A stretch of 64,000 nt of DNA from an uncultured Fidelibacterota bacterium (lineage in GTDB: Bacteria > Fidelibacterota > Marinisomatia > Marinisomatales > UBA1611): assembly GCA_902562835.1 (NCBI GenBank), contig CACEUX010000001.1, forward strand, positions 10,568 to 74,567. Reading direction: 5' to 3'. Numbering within the stretch: the first letter of the stretch is position 1; each line of letters opens with the position of its first letter. Below are positions 16,810 through 26,703 of this stretch, in pieces. The position numbers and the translations under genes are program-made. The notes below the pieces were generated by a model. It searched no databases. It saw only the letters and a list, made by a program, of their open reading frames with translations, and was not told where the DNA came from.

Positions 16810-17772
16810 ATGAGAAAAATTGTTTTAGGACGCACCAATGAATCAGTTTCAGCTATTAGCCTGGGGACCTGGGCTTTTGGAGGAGCCAATATGTCCGGCA
16901 AGGTTTCGGTTGGCTGGGCAAACCAAAATGATAATGACTCTAAGTCCGTTCTAATAAAGGCATGGGAAAGCGGCATAAACCACTGGGATACTGCTGATGT
17001 ATATGGAGAGGGTAAGTCTGAACAATTAATTGGAGGGGTTTGGGAAACCGTCCCCAGGGAAGAAATCTTTATTGCAACAAAAGTTGGGTGGGATAAAGGC
17101 CCCCATTCTCACTGGTACAATCCCAAACATATGCTTAAGAATATGGAGAGATCACTTATCAACCTTAGGACGGACTATGTTGACCTGATTTACTTTCACC
17201 ACTGCAACTTTGGAAATCAGGGGGAGTATTTCCAGGATGCTCTGAATATAATAAAGAAGTTTCAAAATGATGGGTATGCCCGCTATATAGGCTTATCGGA
17301 CTGGTCCTGTAATAAAATATTAAACTATATTGAGGCGTGTGACCCTGATGTTGTTCAGCCATATAGAAATGTTATGGATGATATGTACCAATCATCAGGG
17401 CTAAAGGACTATGTAGACAGTAAAAACATCGGTGTATGTTTCTTTTCGCCTATTAAGCATGGCCTACTTACAGGGAAATATAATAAGCCGGCAACTTTTG
17501 AAACTGGAGATCATCGCTCTGGGCTTAAGCAATTTGTAAATGAGTCCGTTATAGAAAAAATGAAACAAAATAAAGAAAGGTTAGAGCATAGATATAAAAA
17601 TCAAGAGTCCCCGGTTATGTATGGTGTGGTTAACGCCCTTTTTAATGACGCCCCAACAGGATGTGTTTTGCTAGGGCAAAGAAATGAAGAACAGGTCAAG
17701 GTTGCCGCATCTCTTGGAGATGTTTTATCGGAAGAAGAGAGCGAATGGATCAAAGCTCTATATTCTTCATAG
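16810..17772 (+). CDS. Aldo/keto reductase
   Basis: SAISLGTWAFGG, GINHWDTADVYG, IATKVG, DYVDLIYFH, GLLTGKY. Confidence 0.9.
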   Translation: MRKIVLGRTNESVSAISLGTWAFGGANMSGKVSVGWANQNDNDSKSVLIKAWESGINHWDTADVYGEGKSEQLIGGVWETVPREEIFIATKVGWDKGPHSHWYNPKHMLKNMERSLINLRTDYVDLIYFHHCNFGNQGEYFQDALNIIKKFQNDGYARYIGLSDWSCNKILNYIEACDPDVVQPYRNVMDDMYQSSGLKDYVDSKNIGVCFFSPIKHGLLTGKYNKPATFETGDHRSGLKQFVNESVIEKMKQNKERLEHRYKNQESPVMYGVVNALFNDAPTGCVLLGQRNEEQVKVAASLGDVLSEEESEWIKALYSS

Positions 17773-17789
17773 ATCGATTTAAACAATAA

Positions 17790-17988
17790 TGCCCACATAC
17801 CAGTCAGGCCAATTAAGAGCCATCCAGATTCTCCCGTTAATCAAGCTGAGAGGGCAACTATCCAATAACTCAGCTACTTACCGCCAACATATTAATCAGA
17901 AATATTAGAAACTTTTTTTAATGCGAAATAGCCTATTAATAAGGAGGGTACTGAAATAAAAAGCAAGAGCAACAAGTTTTACTATCAC
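17790..17988 (-). pseudogene. Degraded N-terminal remnant of a sodium:solute (PutP-like) symporter
   Basis: Manual translation MIVKLVALAFYFSTLL/fs/LIGYFALKKVSNISD*YVGGK*LSYWIVALSA*LTGESGWLLIGLTGM resembles SSF TM1-TM2; three stops, one frameshift, truncated. Confidence 0.75.
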
Positions 17989-19052
17989 AGATTACTTTCT
18001 GATTCGCCTGGCATTAAAACATTCATTGTTGGAAAAGGAATCGAAATATTCTGCTCTTCAAAGGTTTTATAAATCTCTGTATTAACAGAATCAACTGTTC
18101 TTCCCCTTATCTCTGGCTTGTGTATCCAAAATAATAACTGTAGCCTTAAACCATGGTCCGCAAATTCACGAAATCGAACTCTAGGTTCTGGCGAGCTCAG
18201 GACATTTTCATTTTTCTTTGCTATATCAACTAAAATTGCTTTCACCTTTACTATGTCAGTTTTATAGGAAATTTGTATATTGACCCTAACCCGCTCTGTC
18301 TCTCCTGGCCCACCACTTTCATTTACAATCTTCGATGCTGCTATCACTGAGTTGGGTATTGTTATTTCAATATCATCCCGAGTCATGAACCTTGTTGACC
18401 TTAAGCCCATTTTCTTTACATATCCCCTTTCGCCTGTATCCAGAAGGATATAGTCTCCCTCCTTAAATGGGGCATCAGCCATAAGGAAGATTCCTGCAAA
18501 AAAATTGGAAACTGTATCTTTTGCTGCTAAACCCAAAACCACACCCAAGACACCAGCAGATGCCAAAATACCATTAATGTTAATATCCCAACTAAGGAAG
18601 ATGAAGTAAGCGCCAAAAAGTCCTATACCTATTTTCCCTAGGTTGTTAAACAATGGCAGTGTGTTTTTTTGTAATACATTACTGGATGCTGTCTGCCTTG
18701 ATGCCCAGTCCATCGACATAACTAGGATTTTTGAAATAACAAACAACCAAATAATGGTTGTAACGGTTTTAAAACATCCAACCATAACAAATTCAACATA
18801 TTCTGGAAGCGCTATTGTTTTTATCGATAAAATAAATCCAACAAATAGAATGGAATAAAAAATTGGTTTATGCAAAAGCTGGAGTATTTTATCGTCCAGT
18901 GTTGTTTTTGTTGTTTTTACTACACGTTTAAAAATTAAAGAGAAAATTATATCGACAAGTTTCGCGCTGACGATTGACATCGCTATAAGAGCCAGTCCTT
19001 TTAGGGCTGTGTTGGATAGGATAAGGTTATAATATTCTTTGAAATCAAACAT
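17985..19052 (-). CDS. Small-conductance mechanosensitive channel (MscS family)
   Basis: LASAGVLGVVLGLAAKDTVSNFFAG, PFKEGDYI, MGLRST, IPNS, ISIPFP. Confidence 0.92.
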   Translation of the reverse strand: MFDFKEYYNLILSNTALKGLALIAMSIVSAKLVDIIFSLIFKRVVKTTKTTLDDKILQLLHKPIFYSILFVGFILSIKTIALPEYVEFVMVGCFKTVTTIIWLFVISKILVMSMDWASRQTASSNVLQKNTLPLFNNLGKIGIGLFGAYFIFLSWDININGILASAGVLGVVLGLAAKDTVSNFFAGIFLMADAPFKEGDYILLDTGERGYVKKMGLRSTRFMTRDDIEITIPNSVIAASKIVNESGGPGETERVRVNIQISYKTDIVKVKAILVDIAKKNENVLSSPEPRVRFREFADHGLRLQLLFWIHKPEIRGRTVDSVNTEIYKTFEEQNISIPFPTMNVLMPGESESNL

Positions 19053-19090
19053 ATATGCAGCCTTTTTCTTTTACTAAAAAATTCAATTTA

Positions 19091-19903
19091 TTAATCCTCA
19101 TTGCGATAAACAGAGAATAATTGTGTGTTTTGAAAAAAATCTTTTAGGGGGTTTGTTACTCCTGCGATTCCCCTCTCTCTTATAAGACGTACTCTATCAA
19201 AGTCAATTATAGCGGTTTGCAGATATGGCCCCTCACCCGACTCTTGGAGCGTAGCCCCTTCAGGGTCAACAATAATAGAACCTCCTACACCCCCAAATCC
19301 AACGCCATTACAAGAAACGACATAGCACTGTTGCGTTATGGCCGTTGCTTTTGCAATAATCTGTTCTTGAGGTCTGTCTCCCGTAGTTGTCATGGTCGGA
19401 ACAATGATAAGCTCTGCCCCTTGATTAACCAAATCCCTTGCAACTTCCGGAAACCAAATGTCATAACATATCATAATTCCAACGCAACCAACCCCCTCAA
19501 TATTGAACACAAATGGCTCTTTCCCCGGTGTTGATTTCTCATATGGGTACCATGGATACCTCTTGCGGTACCGGCCTACCATTTTTCCATCCGGTGAGAA
19601 TATCGGAGTTGTGTTGAACACATCCTTTTTAGAACTTTCATAAATGCTCCCAGGAATTAACCAAAGCCCATGATTTTTAGCCAAATTGGAAAAGGCGGTG
19701 GTTAACTCTCCAGGAATCTCTACTGATGCCTTGACGCTGTCTTCAACAATACCATGGACTGCCAGTTCAGGAAAAACAACCATAGAGATATCGGGAAATA
19801 TGTTCTTAATATGTTTTAAGTGTTTTTCAATTTGAATAAGATTCTTTTTTTGCTCTTGGTGGACATACATCTGAACTGATGCGATTGTAATTTGATTTGC
19901 CAT
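19091..19903 (-). CDS. Carbon-nitrogen hydrolase (nitrilase superfamily)
   Basis: Catalytic E-K-C triad: FPEL, YRKRYP, ICYDIWFPE. Confidence 0.88.
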   Translation of the reverse strand: MANQITIASVQMYVHQEQKKNLIQIEKHLKHIKNIFPDISMVVFPELAVHGIVEDSVKASVEIPGELTTAFSNLAKNHGLWLIPGSIYESSKKDVFNTTPIFSPDGKMVGRYRKRYPWYPYEKSTPGKEPFVFNIEGVGCVGIMICYDIWFPEVARDLVNQGAELIIVPTMTTTGDRPQEQIIAKATAITQQCYVVSCNGVGFGGVGGSIIVDPEGATLQESGEGPYLQTAIIDFDRVRLIRERGIAGVTNPLKDFFQNTQLFSVYRNED

Positions 19904-19922
19904 TGAAGAATTTTCCTATCAA

Positions 19923-21497
19923 TTATTTAATATTCTGTTTCCACATTGAAGACGCAATCAAGTTTTTTGTATAATCCTGCTGTGGATTATTTAAAACTTC
20001 TGCAACATTTCCCGTTTCAATTATTTCACCCCTGAATAACACTGCGATCATATCTGCCATTTTTGATATAACAGCTAGGTCATGTGATATGAAAAGATAT
20101 GATAATTTTTTGTGCTTTTGTAGTGATTTGAGCAAAGCCAGTATTCTATGCTGAATGTGGATATCAAGGGCAGATGTTGGCTCATCTAGAATCAGAATCT
20201 TTGGATCTAACATCATTGCGCGAGCAATAGAGACCCTCTGCCTTTCACCCCCTGATAGAGAATGCGGATAACGTGATAACAAATCAAGGTCAAGGTCTAT
20301 ATCTGCCATTATTTGATTAATTTTTCTTTCAGTTGATTCCGAATCTCTAACACCAACTAGCCACAGGGGCTCTAATAAAATTTGAGAAATTGTCATTCTG
20401 GGATTGAATGAGGCCATATTGTCTTGAAAAACAGCCCCAATCTTTTTAGTCGACCGATACAGATTTTTTGGAGAATCCTTATCAGTTTTTATCTCCATTG
20501 TTCCAGAGTCGCGATCTAATATGTTCAATATCATTCTAGCCAGTGTTGTTTTGCCACTCCCAGACTCCCCCACAAGGCCTAGGGTGGTTGATTGATACAA
20601 ATCTACTGAAACGTTATTTATGGCTGTGTTTATTAACCCGTTATTAAAATAGCTTTTTTTAAAATTGTTTATTGATAGTATCAGCTCCTTTTTATTTTTA
20701 CCTCTAGGCGCATTTAACCTACTATTTGTTTTATCATAAGCTTTAATTATTGAGCTTGAATAGCCATTTTTTTGATCAGAAAAAACGTTATTGGTCCTAC
20801 CTTCTGTGACAATACTTCCAGAGCGCATCACAGCAACCCTTTTGCAATAGTGCTTAACAGTTCCAAGGTCGTGAGTTATTAACAATATTCCAATATCAAG
20901 CTCGCTTTGAATTTCAAACAATAAGTCCATAATCTCTATTTTATTATTTGCATCGAGACCTGTTGTTATTTCATCTGCAATGATGAATTCAGGAACTACT
21001 GATAATGCGAAAGCAATCATTACCCTTTGCATTTGTCCACCAGAAAGTTGATGTGGAAAACGATCTAGGATATCATTCACACTATCAAGGCGAACCCTTT
21101 TTAGCCATTTTTCTATATTGGATTCAGCATCTTTGTGTGTATAACCACTTTTCCTTTTAGCAATAATGGTAAATTGTTTACCAATGGTTTGAATGGGGTT
21201 TAAAGATTGCATCGGATCTTGAAAAATCATTGCTGTATGCTCGCCTCTTGAGGAGGATAGGTCTGTTTCTGTTTTCCCATCTCTAGTTATGTTTCCACTT
21301 GTAATTTTACACCCCACTGGTAACAAGTCGATTAATGACCAGGCGAGCATGCTTTTACCAGATCCCGTAGGGCCTACCAGCCCCAGTGTTTCTCCTTTGT
21401 TAATTGTTAGGTCAACATTTTTCAAGATATTTATGGGGCCACCAGGTGAATGAGACTCCACACTAAGACCACAAATCTTATAAAGATTCTTTTTCAC
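19923..21497 (-). CDS. Peptide/nickel ABC transporter, fused double ATP-binding subunit
   Basis: GPTGSGKS and GESGSGKT Walker A motifs; LSGGQMQR and LSGGERQR. Confidence 0.92.
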   Translation of the reverse strand: MKKNLYKICGLSVESHSPGGPINILKNVDLTINKGETLGLVGPTGSGKSMLAWSLIDLLPVGCKITSGNITRDGKTETDLSSSRGEHTAMIFQDPMQSLNPIQTIGKQFTIIAKRKSGYTHKDAESNIEKWLKRVRLDSVNDILDRFPHQLSGGQMQRVMIAFALSVVPEFIIADEITTGLDANNKIEIMDLLFEIQSELDIGILLITHDLGTVKHYCKRVAVMRSGSIVTEGRTNNVFSDQKNGYSSSIIKAYDKTNSRLNAPRGKNKKELILSINNFKKSYFNNGLINTAINNVSVDLYQSTTLGLVGESGSGKTTLARMILNILDRDSGTMEIKTDKDSPKNLYRSTKKIGAVFQDNMASFNPRMTISQILLEPLWLVGVRDSESTERKINQIMADIDLDLDLLSRYPHSLSGGERQRVSIARAMMLDPKILILDEPTSALDIHIQHRILALLKSLQKHKKLSYLFISHDLAVISKMADMIAVLFRGEIIETGNVAEVLNNPQQDYTKNLIASSMWKQNIK

Positions 21498-22336
21498 CTG
21501 GGGGTTGTCTCTTTAGGGTTTAAATAGGACCTTAATTCATCACCAATGATATTGAAAGAAATGACAGTAAGCACTATGAACAGGCCCGGGAAAAAACCTT
21601 CCCACCAATGATTAATGAATTGTGCACGTGATTGTGTTAAAAGGAGACCCCATTCTGTTTCAGGGTGTTGTGCCCCTAGACCAATGAATGATAGACCAGC
21701 AGCTGCTAAGATCGCATAGCCCGCATCTAATGTTCCCTGGATAATTACTGGTACAGCGCTATTGGGGAAAATATGTTTTCGTATGATATGAAATCTCCCT
21801 GCTCCCATACTCTTAGAGATAGAAACATAATCAGTGTTTTTGATAATCAATGCCTGTGCTCGAGCAATACGAACATACCAAGGAAACCAAGATACAGAAA
21901 TCCCAATAATAACATTATTTAAAGATGGGCCAAGAGCTGCAGTTATTATCAGTGGCAATATCAAAGGAGGAAAAGATAAAAAGGCATCTGTAATTCGCAT
22001 AATTATCTCATCTGTTCGTCGGCTTGAAACGCCTGACAACATACCTATAGGAACCCCAATTAAAATGGACAAAAAAACAACTCCAAAAGCTACTTTTAAA
22101 GAAGACAACCCCGCTCGAATTGTAAGGGTAAACATATCGCGTCCAGCAGAGTCAGTTCCAAACCAGTGTCGAGAGGAAGGCGGTTGCCCACCTCTTTCAA
22201 AATGAACAGCGCCATATATATCTTCTGCGTATTGACTAACAAAGGGAATCAATAGTGAAAAGACAATAAGAGCAAAAAGAAATACAACAGCTAATGGCGC
22301 TATTGTTTTTTTCAATGATATGAAGTGCGAAATCAT
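21494..22336 (-). CDS. Peptide ABC transporter permease (DppC/OppC family)
   Basis: HWFGTDSAGRD, GLSFIGLG, EWG, FNIIGDELR. Confidence 0.9.
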   Translation of the reverse strand: MISHFISLKKTIAPLAVVFLFALIVFSLLIPFVSQYAEDIYGAVHFERGGQPPSSRHWFGTDSAGRDMFTLTIRAGLSSLKVAFGVVFLSILIGVPIGMLSGVSSRRTDEIIMRITDAFLSFPPLILPLIITAALGPSLNNVIIGISVSWFPWYVRIARAQALIIKNTDYVSISKSMGAGRFHIIRKHIFPNSAVPVIIQGTLDAGYAILAAAGLSFIGLGAQHPETEWGLLLTQSRAQFINHWWEGFFPGLFIVLTVISFNIIGDELRSYLNPKETTPR

Positions 22337-22340
22337 TTAT

Positions 22341-23354
22341 CTACCTTTGAATCCTTGGGTCGATCAATGGATAAATAATATCTAATATTAGATTAATCAG
22401 TATATACACAAAGGTATAAAAAAGGGTTACACCTATTATTGCCGGAAAGTCGTTTGTTAAAAGCGACAAGACACTAAACTGGCCCAAGCCGGGCCAATCA
22501 AAAATCGACTCAACCAAGAATGTGCCACCAAGCATTAAACCAAAGCTTAATCCTGCAACTGTAGAAACTGGGATAAGGGTATTTTTATATGCCGAGCTCA
22601 TTGCAATCTCATTGGGCGAAAGTCCGTATGCGAGATAAGTCTTAAAAAATGGCTCACTCATGGTTTCTATTAATGCCGAACGAGATGTCCTTATTATAAT
22701 ACCCAACACACCAAAAGCCATCGTTAGCGCTGGAAGAAAGATATGCCTTATGCCGTCCAGCATTAGTGCCCACTCTGCAGATAAAAAAGCATCTAGTAAG
22801 AACAAGCCGCTATTGTACGGCAAATCAATATTCAAAAGATCAAAACCTGAATATCTACCTTGAAGCGGCAACCACTGCAATACCCCAAAAAATATAAGTT
22901 GTAAGATCATCCCCAACCAAAACACAGGAATGGATATCCCAAGATAAGCAAAACCCCTTATTAGATAATCATGCTTTGTATTTGAGTATAGCGCTGCTTT
23001 TATTCCTAGAAACAACCCAAGTAGAGTCGCAAGGAACATTGATATAAATACCAATTCAAATGTTGCAGCTGACCTGTGAAATATTTCTGCGGTCACGGGT
23101 TGTCTGGTTCTTAAGGATACTCCCAAATCAAGGGTGAGGGTTTTTTTTAGAAAAGAAACATATTGCTTATAGATGGGCCTATCAAGGCCGAGCTCTTTTT
23201 TTGCGATCTCTAACTGCTCTTTGGTCGGGTGGTCCCCCACCCACAGTGCGGCAGGATCGCCAGGTAACCAATGGGCTATTAAAAATGTAATGGAACTAAC
23301 AATTATTAAAATTAAAAAGGTGTAGGTGACCCGCTTTAACAAGTATCTGGTCAT
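22341..23354 (-). CDS. Peptide ABC transporter permease (DppB/OppB family)
   Basis: LPGDPA, GLDRPIYKQY, SIPVFWLG, VESIFDWPGLG, IDPRI. Confidence 0.9.
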   Translation of the reverse strand: MTRYLLKRVTYTFLILIIVSSITFLIAHWLPGDPAALWVGDHPTKEQLEIAKKELGLDRPIYKQYVSFLKKTLTLDLGVSLRTRQPVTAEIFHRSAATFELVFISMFLATLLGLFLGIKAALYSNTKHDYLIRGFAYLGISIPVFWLGMILQLIFFGVLQWLPLQGRYSGFDLLNIDLPYNSGLFLLDAFLSAEWALMLDGIRHIFLPALTMAFGVLGIIIRTSRSALIETMSEPFFKTYLAYGLSPNEIAMSSAYKNTLIPVSTVAGLSFGLMLGGTFLVESIFDWPGLGQFSVLSLLTNDFPAIIGVTLFYTFVYILINLILDIIYPLIDPRIQR

Positions 23355-24940
23355 GACGGTCGCCCAAGAAAATAAATCAACAATGTTGAATATGCCGGAT
23401 TACTCCTTAAGCCAGTTATATTACTTTTGTATACTGACTGAACATTAATATCAACAACTGGAACCGCCACGCAATCCTTTATAAGTATATTCTGAATTGT
23501 TTTATATAGTTTTTTTGAGCTATCTGAACTGAAGGACTCTTGGTGCCAAGCCTCAGAAAGTAAAGAGTCTACAGACGAGTTACTATAGTGCGATAAATTA
23601 AAAAGAGGGGTTTCTTCAGTGCTATATAGACCAAAAAACCAATCAGATGGTGAAGAAAGAGTTGGCCACCATGCCATAGAAATAATATTTGGAGCCGTGT
23701 CTAGGTTTTTAGCCCTCTCCCAGTTTGAAGACCACAGCCCTGGCTTTAGATCAAGATCAAGGCCGATCTTTTTTAAATTATCCATCCAAAGAAAAGATGT
23801 AAGTCGATATTCTTCAGAAGTGGAAATATATGACAAATCCAGTTTCAGATCATTTAAACCAACCCTAGATCTACTTATAAACTTTTTACCCATCTCTTGG
23901 TCATAGGATACCAGGCTATCAGGGGCTTCAAATAATGGCATGTTTGCAGGAATTAATCCTTTAGCCTCATCGCCTGAATCACCATAAATATATCTAGATA
24001 CCGTTTCTCGATCCATACCAGCTGCAATAGCCCGACGTACCCAGATGTTGTTCGTGGGGGCTTTTTTTGTGTTAAGTAAATAAAAATGGTTGATCCATGA
24101 AGGATGATATGAAACACTAATGGACGGGTTCTTCTTTAGCCTATCTAATAACTGGACGGGTATTAGAAAAGAATAGTCTGCAAGCCCGCTCTCAATCATT
24201 TGTAAACGTGTTGATGCCTCTGAAACAACTTTTATCAAAACAGATCTAAAGTGGTCATCTCTATTCCACCCCCCCCAATATTCCTTATAATCTTCCAACA
24301 AAATGTATTTGTTCTTAGACCATTTTTTAAGTTTATAGGGACCCGTTCCTGACGCATAACCCTGGCGCAAAGAATCAGCGGAAACCCCTTGAATGCCGGG
24401 GGAATAAATCCAGGCTCCATATTGTGAGCTAACGACCTTATCAAGCGGGACCGGCTTTGACAAGTTAAATATTACTTTGTGGGGTCCATTTGTAGAAACA
24501 CTGTCAACAGCCGACCATATAAAACTGGCTCCGCCATATAATCTTTTATTTCTATCTACAACGAACTTCACAGCCTTGGAATCAAACGCGATACCATCAT
24601 GAAACCAAACTCCTTCTCTAAGATAAAACTCCCACGTTAACCCATCAGCAGATTTTGAATATGAAGTTGCTAGCGCTGGCAAAAGTTTTGGGGGTACCGA
24701 TCCAGCATCATACCACAGAAGGGGTTCGTAAATGTTTGACATAGGCAACACCTCTAGCGAAAATGCAGTTCCCGGGTCCCAGTCCTTAACATCATCGTAC
24801 GTAGCTATTACAAAAACATCTTCTGGTTTTTTTTGATGATAGCATGAGATTGACATTAAAACAGTTAGTGAGATGACACCCATGACAACGATTTCATTGC
24901 AAACTTTGGTCATTGCATATAGGAAGAGTTGGAAGCTCAA
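23351..24940 (-). CDS. ABC transporter substrate-binding lipoprotein, family 5 (DppA/OppA)
   Basis: LPALATSY, WEFYLREGVWFHDG, GTGPYKL, VRRAI; lipobox-like MSISC; start uncertain. Confidence 0.88.
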   Translation of the reverse strand: MSFQLFLYAMTKVCNEIVVMGVISLTVLMSISCYHQKKPEDVFVIATYDDVKDWDPGTAFSLEVLPMSNIYEPLLWYDAGSVPPKLLPALATSYSKSADGLTWEFYLREGVWFHDGIAFDSKAVKFVVDRNKRLYGGASFIWSAVDSVSTNGPHKVIFNLSKPVPLDKVVSSQYGAWIYSPGIQGVSADSLRQGYASGTGPYKLKKWSKNKYILLEDYKEYWGGWNRDDHFRSVLIKVVSEASTRLQMIESGLADYSFLIPVQLLDRLKKNPSISVSYHPSWINHFYLLNTKKAPTNNIWVRRAIAAGMDRETVSRYIYGDSGDEAKGLIPANMPLFEAPDSLVSYDQEMGKKFISRSRVGLNDLKLDLSYISTSEEYRLTSFLWMDNLKKIGLDLDLKPGLWSSNWERAKNLDTAPNIISMAWWPTLSSPSDWFFGLYSTEETPLFNLSHYSNSSVDSLLSEAWHQESFSSDSSKKLYKTIQNILIKDCVAVPVVDINVQSVYKSNITGLRSNPAYSTLLIYFLGRPS

Positions 24941-24954
24941 TCCTTAGGTGTTGG

Positions 24955-26634
24955 TTATTTGTTTAATAATAGTTTTTTTGTTATACTATTATCGCCAGAG
25001 ACCAACTGATAAAAGTATATACCACTTGCAGCCGGCTTGTTGTTATTATTAACCCCTCTCCATGTTGCCCGATATGAGCCTGGTGTTCTTGTGCCATTAT
25101 AAACCGTGTATATTTCATTACCCAAGATATCATAAATTTTCAAAGACACATCATTCGTATGATAGATGGTATAATCAAACTTTGTATCTGGATTAAATGG
25201 GTTTGGATAATTCTGACCAATGGTAAATACTAGAGGTAATTGAAGCTCAGTATTATCATTGGTCAATAAGCCATCATTTTCTATCATGAATAAGTGTGGT
25301 TTGTCCGCCGCAAAACTTGCTGACGAAAAAATGATGTCCCCAAGCCCATCATTATCAACATCACCAGTAAATAGCTTTGCAACTCTTACTTTACCCTGGT
25401 CATTGCCTGGGGTATAGTTATCTGTTGTGTCATCCATAAAGATTGCTCGCTCTGTATAGCTTGCTGCTGTTAATGGGTCCCCGCCGTTAAACTCCCAATC
25501 GTATACCGCTTCGTCATAGTGTGCGGCCAGGTAAAGATTTGGGCTACCGTCTCCATCTGCATCGCCAATATTTATTTGTCTTAGACCACCGGTATAGCTC
25601 TTAAAAAAATTAAAATTAGCATACGATAAGTTGCTAACATCATCTATCCCTTCAACAACAAATAATGAACCAGGCGTTATTAAGTCTCCTGTCAGTGAAT
25701 TCACACCAGATGTTGCACAGAATAATTCATTGGTTCCATTATTATCTATGTCCGCAACGACTATTCCCTGATTTGCTCTTTGGTATTGTTCTGAACAAAC
25801 ATAAAAGTCTGTTTGGTATTCATAGGTGTCTTCTCCGCTGTTTTCATGAATGATGAGATGAAAATAATTATAACCAACGGTGTAAATCTCTTTTAACCCA
25901 TCATTGTCAAGGTCTCCCGTTGAAATATTATACCCACTCCAATTGCTCCATGCGTTATCTTCATATTCAATGTGAAATATTGCAGAATCATTGATAATTG
26001 TATCTAATTCAAATATCATTAAACGGCTACTACCACCCGTACCTAACTCGGCCCATGGGCCATCCATTATAGAAACGATTATTTCTTGTTGTGGGTCACC
26101 ATCAAGCTCGTCTACATATATTTGTGCGGCCTCCCAAACACTATCTAGCCCCATATCCCAAGTATAGGTTGGTGTGGATAAAAAGGACATTGAATCTGTG
26201 TTCCATTCAAATATCTGTAAACCTTTTTGTCCGGGCGCCCCTGGGCTTGTGTCCACCAGTGATAAAATCTCATGATTTTGATCTCCGTCAATGTCTCCAA
26301 CAGCAACGCTTGAATAAGCATCATAAGTGCAACTTAGATCATAAAAGGTATACACCCATTGTAGCTCAATGGAATCGTTGCTTGTTGCTTCGTAATGGTA
26401 AACCCCATTGCAAAACTCCCCTGCGTATGAGCTCGAGACAACAAAGTCCCCAAAACCATCTCCATCAAAATCGTAAGGACCAATCATATTCCAAGGAGGA
26501 CCAGCAGGAATCAAACCACCAGAACCCCAAGGCTCATTGTTCCACTTAAGTGAAAATGAGCTATCGATTTCTGTTGCAGGTAGTTGAATAAACGCGAAAA
26601 AACAAACACTAAAAAACAAAGCCTTTGATCTCAT
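24955..26634 (-). CDS. Secreted FG-GAP/VCBS repeat protein with C-terminal T9SS-type-A/FlgD-Ig-like domain
   Basis: Repeated GDxDGDG motifs; QNYPNPFNP...KIYDILG...WRG...ASGIYFYQL...KKLLLNK. Confidence 0.78.
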   Translation of the reverse strand: MRSKALFFSVCFFAFIQLPATEIDSSFSLKWNNEPWGSGGLIPAGPPWNMIGPYDFDGDGFGDFVVSSSYAGEFCNGVYHYEATSNDSIELQWVYTFYDLSCTYDAYSSVAVGDIDGDQNHEILSLVDTSPGAPGQKGLQIFEWNTDSMSFLSTPTYTWDMGLDSVWEAAQIYVDELDGDPQQEIIVSIMDGPWAELGTGGSSRLMIFELDTIINDSAIFHIEYEDNAWSNWSGYNISTGDLDNDGLKEIYTVGYNYFHLIIHENSGEDTYEYQTDFYVCSEQYQRANQGIVVADIDNNGTNELFCATSGVNSLTGDLITPGSLFVVEGIDDVSNLSYANFNFFKSYTGGLRQINIGDADGDGSPNLYLAAHYDEAVYDWEFNGGDPLTAASYTERAIFMDDTTDNYTPGNDQGKVRVAKLFTGDVDNDGLGDIIFSSASFAADKPHLFMIENDGLLTNDNTELQLPLVFTIGQNYPNPFNPDTKFDYTIYHTNDVSLKIYDILGNEIYTVYNGTRTPGSYRATWRGVNNNNKPAASGIYFYQLVSGDNSITKKLLLNK

Positions 26635-26703
26635 TTTTTGACCTCTAATAAGTTTCAATTCTTGAAGATGTTGATAGTATATTCAAATAGAAGTTAGAGC
26701 TCA

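Noticed and set aside
17790-17988. Stop-codon recoding or an alternative genetic code
   Set aside because: Three different stops plus a frameshift and truncation; all other genes read normally in code 11.
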